A stretch of DNA of 58,924 nt, counting the filler, from Bipalium vagum (lineage: Eukaryota): the NCBI GenBank assembly GCA_037834085.1. It is 3 parts of 3 records of this genome, joined end to end, with 100 filler letters (N's around TTAATTAATTAA, not from the genome) between each part and the next. Parts side by side here need not be neighbours in the genome. Positions count along the whole stretch, not along the records: positions 1 to 18,131 come from JBBMKC010039998.1; positions 18,232 to 35,354 come from JBBMKC010072667.1; 1 more part is not named here. The stretch is one strand, 5' to 3'. Positions 11,095-21,605 of this stretch are shown one piece after another. Within the stretch, counting starts at the first letter, position 1; every line of letters starts with the position of its first letter. Position numbers and translations under genes: made by a program. The notes under the pieces were generated by a model. It searched no databases. It was not told the DNA's origin and saw nothing but the letters and a program-made list of their open reading frames with translations.

Positions 11095-12499
11095 GTAGTT
11101 GTCAAGGTATTTTCGCAGTGAGTTAAACTTTTTTAAACTATTTCTTTAATTTTTTAAACATAAAAAGTAAATAGTTATAAATTCAAAAAATTGCAAATTT
11201 ATCTTGTAGAAACTTGGGGGAAATACTTATGCCAATCTTATTGTTTAGACATAATCAGCATAACATTTTATCTCAACCATAATGGAAAAACTTCAATCAA
11301 TGCAACATACGTTAGAATTGCAATACTAAGTTTTAAAAGGCAATTATTTAATAAATATAAATTATTATTAATTAATTATTAATGTATAAATTTTTTAAAA
11401 AATCAATATAAATAATATTTGGAATAATTATCACAATATTGGAATAATAATTTAAAATGCTTTTTGATATTTTGTTTAACTATATTAACTTTTCGATCTT
11501 TATTTGAAATCAAAGCATAAAACTTAATATTTTTACATGAAAGCTGAAGGAAATAATATTCGTTATTGTCTAATTGTATAAGAAGGTTAGATGCGTTAAA
11601 TGCTTTTGGAAAAATTTATTTATCCAGTTTCAGATTTGTCACTAAATAATTACAAGAAATGGTTCATAAAATTTAAGATTGAGAGTTATGAAAGTAGAGA
11701 ATTTTTGAAACTTGATTTTTACAACACGAGAGTTTGGGCAATCATCTGCAAGTATCTCACACAACCATGTTCCTTTGTCCAAAATTAATGTTTTTGATAT
11801 TAATAAATTATGTTAATTGCCTTTTGAATTGGCTTGATATATTATTTATTATAAATATATGAATCAAGACTAATCGGTAAACAAGAAATTACATTAAATG
11901 AAATATTATATTCGATTTTTTCTCCATGCAAAAAATAGAGAAATCCAGTAATCTCCAGACTTTAAGAAGGTTTGAGTACAATCTTAACAGGTGATGCTGT
12001 GAAACTAATAAACATGAGGGATATTTTTAATATTAAACAAAACACTAAGAGTGCCTAATCTTTTATTACGGTTAAATTTACTGTTATCCTATGAGTGAAA
12101 TATGTTAACAGTTAATGTATCAAAGTTAAACTTGACTCCAATTCTTAGGTAGTGCAAAAATAACAGTCAGTAAAACAATAACTTGTATTTATACCAAACA
12201 ATCACAAAATACGGAATAATAATCAAAGTATGGGATCACAATTTTAATGTCTGAATTGTCTCACAAACTCGCAAATCAAACTACGTCTCAAATACTAAAC
12301 GGTTATCAAATAACAGTAATGTCAAATCCAATATTAAAAAATAATTAAAATACAATGTCTAAATTAAATACTAACAGAAGTACAATACGTCTGTAACTTT
12401 AAAATTGGTATTATAATAAAATTTCTTATTGTTGCATGATTACGATATTCATATACTAACAACCTTTAATGAAAAAAGACAGTCAAAAATTTAAAAAGA

Positions 12500-12980
12500 A
12501 GTTAAAAAACAAAATAATAAGCTCATTCTCTCATTAAGATAGAGTCCATATGTCAATGCAGGCTTGGGAATGTTTTTGATGGATTTAGTAGGTCCTATCA
12601 CTATTATTTGAAATAAATAATCCTGTATGCATCTCTTTTCTACATATATTTTGGTCTGTAAAATTTATTCCCTTTCTATTATATATTCTATTTCTATATT
12701 TCATATTAATAAGATCTATAAATAGCAATTTTTCTTTTTTTCATCGCGATTTTATATTTTCATGTAAACTATTCATATATGTAAGAAATGGATCGATATG
12801 CTTTTCATTTTCAAATATTAAGGAAACATCGTCAGTGTATTTTTTCTAAACAAACGGTTTACTGCCTTGATATTTTTCAAATTTGTCTCCATCTGTCTGT
12901 TTTTTACCATTCAATGTCAAACATAAAAGAAACATTTTTTGAACAAATTCAAAGATTTGTGGTGAGAGCTACGTCATCCA
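12500..12980 (-). mobile_element. Penelope-like retroelement reverse transcriptase relic
   Basis: Minus strand reads ICSKNVSFMFDIEW*K, then QTDG after a frameshift, then KPFV*KKYTDDVSLIFENEKHIDPFLTYMNSLHENIKS..EK.LLFIDL. This matches the PLE RT pattern YxDD...FLxxLNSxHxxIKFT...FLD. Confidence 0.65.
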
Positions 12981-13767
12981 TGATCTCTATAAATTTCTAT
13001 TTATTTATTTATTTTAAAATTTAAATATTTTATTTTTATTTATTCAATTGGTATGGATGATGACTTGCTGCATTATAGTTCATTAACAGGAAGTTATTAA
13101 TACATAAATAATATGAAGATATCTCTGATAATTATCTGTATTTGTAAACGTTTCTAAAAATAATTTTTACATATACATAAAGAAAATTTTGTCTTTGATA
13201 ATAATTAAAATTCTTATTTTTTCATTTATTTAAATGAAATCAAATTAAAAATTAATTAAATTAGAAGAAAAAATCTCAACAGAAATAGTTATCGGCTGTT
13301 TTGATCAGAATGTTGAGGATTAGCATGTTAAATCTGACTCCTAATTTTATTTCGTAACTCGGACTAATAAAAGACCACCTGATTGATTTTCCTTCCAAAT
13401 ATTCTCACTGACTTCGAACTATTTTCCTTCAACTCTAATTCTTCACTTAACATCAATTTAATTCTTAATTTTACTTAATTCTGGTTTGGTACCTAAGTCG
13501 AATCAAATTTTTCTTCTCCAATTATAATGAAGTCCTTAATAAAATGATATTGATTGAATCGGAATTTAGTATATAATTAATGTATTTAATCATATCAACG
13601 AAAATATGAGAAAAAAATCTTAAAACTTTGAAGAACACTAAAAATTGATATTAGGTAGATCAAAGAATCTTTTTTTATATATATAAACGTACTTAAATGT
13701 GCAAGGCAATCAGAAACCCAATAGATATTTAACCGAAATGTTGTTACTATTTTCCTTAACTGAAAAA

Positions 13768-14710
13768 TGTAACCTTTGCTCAAAATCACAAACTTCTCGT
13801 GTTCATTCAATATTGTGTTCGTTTTACTTTTACAGTTACACAAATTTATACTGAATTGAATCAAAACTCCAACAATAAAACCTTATATTTATTCGCACCC
13901 CAATTTGAATCAAAACAATCGCAGTAAACCTTTATTAAAATACAAAGTTAAACCGTTACAATTATCACGAAAAATCACAATCAATTAAAGAATCGATACT
14001 ATTAAAATGTCTAAAGAAAAATCAAAAGATCCAAAGTGATCCCACGTCCGAAAAAAAATCATCAACCCTGCTTAATCGCAAATCAACACAAATAAACGTA
14101 AAAATAATTCATGATTAAGAACAATACGTAAATATAATGAATTTCAAGAGAATATAAGAAATACGGAATCACAAAAAACAATAAAAAGAAATCAAGAATA
14201 TCCTCACCAGGAGCGACAATGAGTTTCCGGATTGTCCTCTATGTCCTTCTCTGGTCACATAGGGATTCCCTAACTCGCTGGGTCCCATTGTAACATTTTT
14301 TTGCGTTGTCATCATACCTGGGCATCAACAAAATTACCAAAATAAAATAAGGCAATCTTCTGCTTCCAATTGTTTCAGACGAAATAATTCTCCTTTGATC
14401 GGCTAACTGATAATTTTCTTCTTAAAGTTTTTTTTCTAACAAAATAATCTTCCTTTGATCGAATTTCCAACTGCTTTTCAAAAACCAATGAATAATAATA
14501 GTTTCCACTTTTGATTTTTCTGGGAATAGTCGTCTCATTATATAGTCGTAGAGAGTGGTCTACAATCCCCAATCTCTACGCTTTGAGACAGCTATTTCCT
14601 TCAATAGCCCATTAATTTTAACTTTATCTGCACTCGGGGATTAAGTTAGTCAAATATTAATGAAAAAAAATTTATTGTCGCGACGACGGGGCATATTCCT
14701 TTAACTAACA
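13768..14710 (-). mobile_element. LTR-like structured repeat, copy A (antisense in PARP3 intron 4)
   Basis: Minus-strand ends TGTTAG...GGTTACA, TATATAA at about 14538-14544, GTGAG donor at about 14207, AATAAA near the 3' end. Blocks 14203-14293 and 14531-14616 align with 58473-58550 and 58685-58784. No clear TSD. Confidence 0.5.
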
Positions 14711-15052
14711 CTTTATTATAAATATATACAAAAATTTCGAGAGTGAAATATTGATATCTTAATTTTGGTAATATTTTAAAAATTATAAGATTTTAATTAA
14801 TATTAATAATATTATTATTCACCATCTTTACGGTTTGTGCCTTTGACAAACCCAACAATGTTAAGAAGAAAGTAAAATTATTGAAACGTTAGTTGATTGA
14901 AAAAAAGAATGTTAATAAACGGAAATGGAGATGAACAAGAAAGCTTGAAATTAAAATAATTCAACAAGTTAAAAGGCACAATATAAATTTTTATTTATTT
15001 AAACAAGAAAACCTTTATAAAAATAGTTTTTTTAATTTTTAATTTTATTAAG

Positions 15053-16329
15053 GATATAGAACCACCTGTACTTACTAAAGTAGCTGAAAAATATGCTGAT
15101 TCAAAGTTGGATAAGGACACATTGTATCTCATAGATCTCCTTTTCCAAACCGATATGTTCAACCATGCGTTAAGCCAACTGAAACTCGGTTTATAAATAT
15201 ATGTGCATATAATTGCAACATTATAATATGTAATTTAGACACAAAAAAATTACCATTAGGCAAACTTAGCAAAGCACAAATCATGAAAGGTTTTGAAGTG
15301 CTTGAAGAACTTCAAGACAACATAACAAAAAAGAAAACGAGCACACTTTCAGAACTGTCTTCAAAATTTTATACAATTATTCCACATGATTTTGGAAGGT
15401 CAGTTCCACCGAAAATTACTACATTGGATGAAGTACGAGTCAAGATGGATATGTTGTTGGTGTTAACTGATATTGAAAGTACCCAAACAATGTTAAAAAA
15501 TAAGAAAACTGATGGAACTGCGAAATCGAAGGTTTTCCTTTTTCTAATGTCATATTATTTATATTTTCTACAGAAAGCCCTTCCACCAAATCCTTTGGAT
15601 GAAAAATTTGACTTGCTTGACGTAGACTTAAAATTACTTAATCGCAACCAGGAGGAATTTAAGATTATCGAACAGTACATTAATAATACAAAATGCAGGA
15701 AAATATCAGTAGTGAATATTTGGAAGGTCAACCGCCGTTCTGAAGATACAAGATTTCGTGTTCATAAGAATATAGCCAACAGAAAATTATTGTGGCATGG
15801 TACAAATATTGCAGTCGTTGCAGCCATCCTCAAATCAGGTCTAAGAATAATGCCTCATAGTGGTGGCAGGGTTGGAAAGGGCATTTATTTTGCATCGGAA
15901 AATGGAAAATCGGCAGGATATGGTTTGTTATATACACCAAATTAGATGTAAAATTGTTTATTCTGGATTTAGTGGCTTGTAATCAGTCCAGAATGGGGAT
16001 TATGTTTCTCAATGAAGTTGCTCTTGGTAAAGAAAAACCAATTTACCAAGATGATGGAACTTTAGTAAAGCCTCCTACAGGTTTTGAGTCTGTGGTTGCT
16101 CAGGGAATAACGGAGCCAGGTGATAAAGATGATTTAACAGATTTTTAATTTATTTACATTTACAGATGACAAATACAACAAAGAAATTAATATTGATGGC
16201 AACAAAATCGTTGTTCCAGTAGGTAAGCCAATAACTCGAAATATTTCGAGTTCATTCACCCAGAGCGAATATTTGATCTACCAAGAATCCCAATGCCGGA
16301 TTCGGTACCTGTTGCTGTGTCAGTTTTAG
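15053..16329 (+). CDS. PARP3: PARP3-like ADP-ribosyltransferase, exons 5-9 (regulatory helical domain and catalytic domain)
   Basis: Exons 15053-15188, 15239-15531, 15574-15922, 15973-16119 and 16166-16329, all GT-AG and phase-consistent. Motifs KKLPLGKLSKAQI, FYTIIPHDFGR, LLWHGTNIAVVAAILKSGLRIMPHSGGRVGKGIYFASENGKSAGY and FTQSEYLIYQESQCRIRYLL. H-Y-E triad intact; the IMPHSGGRVGKG loop and QSEY are PARP3-type. Confidence 0.95.
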
Positions 16330-16559
16330 AGTTTTACAATTTTTCTTATATTCTTAGATCACTTCTTAAAATTATCACTTAACTTACTTATCAATTATTT
16401 ATTATTGATTATATTTTTATTAATCAATTATTGTTACATTTTTAGGCACTTTTCTATATACTTTTAAAAAATCAATAAATTATATAATATAATTTCTTCT
16501 GATATTTTGTTTTCCATAAATATATAACTAATAAGTTGGTACGAAAAAACTTGTTGGAA

Positions 16560-16990
16560 TTGGCATTAAATTGGCATAAGAAGCATTCAATTTTGCACAT
16601 ATTTTACATCGAGAAACAAATTTATTTATTCCCGTTGAATAAAAATCTGGAATTCTGTAGCCTACTAAATTTTTCATGGTGTTCTTAACATAATCCAAGT
16701 TTTTGATGTTTTTTCTCCTAAAGAAATTATCCAGATAATGGAAAAGTAATTGTTTGTAAGCGAAAAATCAATGGAGTAGTTAGAGCAAGAAAAGATTTTT
16801 TGTAATTTTTGTAACATCGGTTTTGAGAGTTAGTGTACTGTGTTGTGCAGAAGAATTGATCCCTCTTACTGACCAATGCCGAACCTTAAGCATTAAAAAT
16901 TCTGGTTTATATCATTGATTGGCTGAGCATTCTTATTCCTTCGTAATACTTTCTTTTATTTAGGAACTTGAACAGTTTAACTTTATCAGG
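16560..16990 (-). mobile_element. Mariner C-terminal relic
   Basis: Minus strand has a degenerate YSxDxxxxDYH..F..LDNF-like segment and a C-terminal region. Confidence 0.45.
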
Positions 16991-18131
16991 AAATTTTAGA
17001 TTACTTGAATTAAAAAATAGAAAAGCCTAAAATTCATGAATATATCTTCTTTGCACTGATTTTAGGTTTTAAAATCACCGAAAGCAAGACCGATTATAAT
17101 ATAGTTTTTAATGAATTATAAAGCTGACATCAACATGTGTAAATTATAATGGTTTAAATCATAAAACCGTTAATATAATTCGTAATCTACATTTACTTGC
17201 ATTTTTACAGAGTGGGTCCAAACTTATGGACGGTATTGTATTATATCACAAAAATATTCAAATCATTTTATTATAATAATAAAAAGAAAAAAAATTATTA
17301 TTTTCAAATTAAACATTCCATTAATATGGATTCAAATTTTAATTTATAATAATGTTTAGTTTATTTTTCATCATTTAATTTTATATTTAATTTCAAAGAT
17401 ACTAATAAAATTATTATAAAAGGTACAAATACTAAAAATAATTCAAAAACAAAAGAAACTTCTTTAGGATTGGGAGTGTTATTTTGTTCGAAATCCATAT
17501 AAAAATCAATAATCTACACTAAAATTTATATACTTTAATTTCTGCTCTAACGTAAAAATCAATAATTAAAACAATTTTGATTATTGATTTTACTAAATTA
17601 TTAAGATTATATAAAATCTTCATAATCCCTTATAAAGATAATATGAAATAGCTAAATTGCTGCAATATTTAATATCTTGAATTTAAATTGACTCCGACTC
17701 TATCAAGCGGTACAATTTACAACAATCAGTAAACAAGAACGTATATCACAATATAAAAATAGTACTCAAAAGATAACAACGATAACACTTTATCAAATCG
17801 TCAAAAAGAGTCAAAACAACAATGATAATAACTACCAAACTGTCAAATAGGTACTAGGATAAAGATGATAATGATCACTAAATTGCCTAACTGAACAATC
17901 ACTTAATCCTTCAACAATCAAATGGTTAAAAAGCACAAAAATTGAATTTAATAATTGAATAATAATAATCAAAATTAAATTTCAATTAAAACAATACAGT
18001 TTAGTCCGGATATTACGAATCGCCTATTGCCACAAAAAAAAATTCGTGATATCAGATTTTTCGGATTAACCGATTTACTGGTTCTTTTCCTATTACGTAA
18101 ATGAAAACAACTTTTTCTTTGTATAATAAAA

Positions 18132-18231
18132 NNNNNNNNNNNNNNNNNNNNNNNNNNNNNNNNNNNNNNNNNNNNTTAATTAATTAANNNNNNNNNNNNN
18201 NNNNNNNNNNNNNNNNNNNNNNNNNNNNNNN
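18132..18231. other. Artificial 100-bp assembly spacer (44N + TTAATTAATTAA + 44N)
   Basis: Exactly symmetric; the palindromic 12-mer puts TAA in all six frames; the same spacer recurs at 35355. Confidence 0.92.
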
Positions 18232-18260
18232 ATATGAATCAATAAAAATATATAATTTGT

Positions 18261-18509
18261 CTAATTAATAATAATAATCATAATAATAATAATAATAATA
18301 ATATAATTCCAAGAATAATAAGTAATTAATTTTGGGGAAATATTTTCCCTCATATTGTGGAAAAAATCAGTCATTATAAATTCAAAAACAATGAATAGTA
18401 ATTTAAAAGTAACAAATATTATAAATAACAAAGAATATTTTCCAAAAGCAAACAATCCACAATTTGCTATAAAACCAAAGGGATTGGCAAATAAAATTGT
18501 CCCATGAAT
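18261..18509 (-). pseudogene. Tetraspanin-like TM2-TM3 fragment (pseudogene or broken exon)
   Basis: Open frame IHGTILFANPFGFIANCGLFAFGKYSLLFIIFVTFKLLFIVFEFIMTDFFHNMRENISPKLITYYSW resembles the tetraspanin GFxGxCG...LL..........E pattern. In-frame TAA upstream; the 3' end runs into an (ATT)n tract near the spacer. Confidence 0.35.
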
Positions 18510-20275
18510 TTAAATCAGAGTACTAATTTGAATTTTATCAGCTAAACAAGACAAGAGTACGAAATATTACCAATTTTATCAGTAAAATTGAACCAATAAA
18601 GATTACTTATTGCAGATTGAACTTACTGAAGCTTACTTAATAAAGTTTGAACCAGCGAAGATATTTTTATTTATAAAATATGCCAGGATTATGTTCAGTT
18701 TCTCCATCAGAGGACTATTTCTGATTGAACAGAAAGGGGCCAGCTAATAACCCGGGGAAATGAAAGGAACCTTTATCTATCAAGTATTAATAATCTTTAA
18801 AGAACTTAATTTAATGATTATTTTTCGTTGATTCTTTATTTTGATAATTTTTAACAGTTATCTGTTATTTACTAAGTAATAATAAAAATGTGATCATTTG
18901 ACAATTTGGTGATTGAAATCAGTGTTATCTGAACATTCTGTTGATGACTTCATGATCGATATCATTGTTATTTTAATTGTCTTGTCATTGTATTATGATA
19001 TAAATTCACGTTATTACTTTACTGATCTTTGCTTATTTACACAAACTAATAGTATCAGAGTCAGGTTGATTTTGATACATCAAATAAATAACAATAATAA
19101 TAAATTTTCTTGGGAAAAATGTTTCCCATTTTCATTTTTATCTTAATGGGTTGAAATCCTTATTAATTTAAATTGCCTACTAAACTGCAACCTGGATTGA
19201 AATACGGCTTAACCTATCAATCTTAATTAATTCATTTTCCTCCAGCAGCAATTAGCTGACGTTAATTTTCCTTCAGTTCCTTGTACAGGGCGAATGGGAC
19301 GAGCTTCCAGCTCTAGAACCTTCGAATTGTCATAAACAAAATTTGAAGATATTTGAATTGTGCAACAAGAGAAATTATTATGATATATTATCAATCATTA
19401 TTTATTTTCTAATCATCAGAACAGCCGGTCTCTATGGCCAACTTCTGAACGAAAAATGTTCTCCGGAAATTGGTTCTTTTGCATAATAGACTTTATTGAC
19501 TCTAAAGGCGGTTACTTTGAAAAAATATAATTGATTTTTGATTTTGTTTGATTTAGTCTAGTGACAGATTCCCAAAACTTTCCCAAATGCATACTTACAT
19601 GTTTTTATAACCTTTTCAGGTCTTTATGTTTATTTAAAATCATTAAGCAGCGATCAATTTATTTACATGGTTTCTAGAAAATAATATTATTTATTTTTAT
19701 AAATTATAACTGTATCTGTCAAGAACATTTATGTCTTTTGATTTCTTTTCTTGATTATTATATATTTACATAAATATTCTTAAATAAGGTTTTCTTCAAG
19801 AAATATTCTTCAATGAATGATCCCTACTGATTTTTGTTTATATTTTAAGAAATTTTCAAAGTGATCTTATTTCCCACAACCCTTAAATTGTTAAAGATGA
19901 AAAAAGATATTCAATTTAAATTTTTTATAATAATATTTTTTATTATCCAGAAAATTTCTGATTAAAAGACGTTAAAAATATTTTATGTAAATTTTTGATA
20001 ATTTTAAATAAAAATATTTTTTAAAAATCCGGATTTCACAGAATATTTTCGAGTCTGCATGAATTTTCTTCAAGCATATCTTCCATTTTTGTATTTTTAT
20101 TTGTATGTAAAATATATAATATAACGAGGCAAAAATATTTTTCAAAAATAAATGAAAAATTTTCCTACAAAAGCAGAGATAATTTCTTCAATAATATACC
20201 ATGCTTTCCTGAAAATTATTGATATTAAAAAAATAATTATATTTCTCTTCATTTGTATCTTCATAATTCAAGTAA

Positions 20276-21170
20276 TATTAGGTGGACCGGTAAATAATGT
20301 CGTTTTTTGTTTAAACACTTCATTATATTTATCACTTGATTGGTAATTTTAAAATCAATCTAAATAAATTATAAAGTTAATGTAACATATTTCCTTATAA
20401 GATATTGATTCTTAGACTTTATTTGTAGTTTCGCTTTTAACGACTTATCAAATACCAGAAGAGATGCATATCCGGCATTGTATGATGTTTGAATTTAATA
20501 AGGGCAGCAGCGCAACAGTTGAAACGAAAAACTTTTGAAATGCCTATCCAAAAAGTCATTGGCACTTCGCAAGAGTAGATTCGGTAATTTAAATGTTTCG
20601 GATTCGTATCGATCAGGAAGGATAATGACATCTTAAGGGCGAACGTAGAGCAAATAAGTATCAGACTGTCGAGGAAATATCAAACACACTTTGAACTACT
20701 GGAACGAGGACAAACGGTGAATGCAGACCTTTACAGTGAACAATTAGATATAGTAAATCAATCTTTACTCAAAAAATGTCCAGCGATTATCAACAAAATA
20801 TGAGTTATTCTGCAAAACGACAATGTAAGATTGCATTGTGCAAGACGAACCCTTGACAAAATTGATGAATTTGGGTGGGAGGTTCTGCCTTATCCACCAT
20901 GCTCGCCTGACATTGTACCATCGGAATTCCATTTATTCCAATTGCTACAAAATTTTCTAAGTGGGAACGTTTAAAATTTGAAAAATATTCAAAATGCTCT
21001 ATCAAAATATTTCTCTCGAAAGCCAATTGATTTTTATCGACCCGGATCTGAAAAGTTTCATAGTAGATGGAAAAAGGTGATGATTAAAAATAATAGGGAG
21101 TGATTAAAAATAAAAATATAATCAAATTTTATTTTTATGAATTTTATGTTACTTTCCGGCCCACATAATA
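20276..21170 (+). mobile_element. Internally deleted mariner element with TIRs
   Basis: Termini TATTAGGTGGACCGGTAAATAATGTCG and TTACTTTCCGGCCCACATAATA. Encodes HIRHCMMFEFNKGSSAT and LGWEVLPYPPCSPDIVPSEFHLF. Confidence 0.8.
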
Positions 21171-21289
21171 CTTATAAAAACTCGATAGCTACCAGTTTGT
21201 TTTTATATCAATAAATCCTTAATATAATAGAAAATAATAATTCGAGATATTTGAATTATGATAAGGCAAAACAACTTACTTGTTTGGTC

Positions 21290-21605
21290 ACTCCGCAAAA
21301 ATGATTGTACATTGGCTGGAACGTATAGCCACATCAACCATTTAGCTCAGACATAGGTCATTCCGATTACCATTTATTTCGATCCATGCAAAACGTCTTG
21401 AATGGTAAAATTTTTACCAATGATGATGACGTCAAATCCGACTTGCTGCAGTTGATTGCAAATAAACCAAAGACGTTATATGAACTTGGAATTTTTATGA
21501 TTCCTGTAAGATGGCAACAGATCCTTGATATTAACCGGCAATTCATGTATTGTTATTTTTTGTTTCTTCAAAAAAATCGGCAATTACTTTCTTGTCAACT
21601 CAATA
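21290..21605 (+). mobile_element. Mariner 3' fragment (same family as 27389 and 45320)
   Basis: SDYHLFRSMQNVLNGKIFTNDDDVKSDLLQ...RWQQILD, plus right TIR CGGCAATTACTTTCTTGTCAACTCAATA. Confidence 0.75.

Noticed and set aside
14545-14600. Pistol-ribozyme-like AAATAG...AAGCG followed by a hairpin on the minus strand
   Set aside because: Spacing is too short for P2 plus the pseudoknot, and there is no G-U cleavage site after the hairpin.
18176-18187. TTAATTAATTAA as a biological site (piggyBac target or PacI)
   Set aside because: It is centred in symmetric N runs twice, which indicates an assembly linker.
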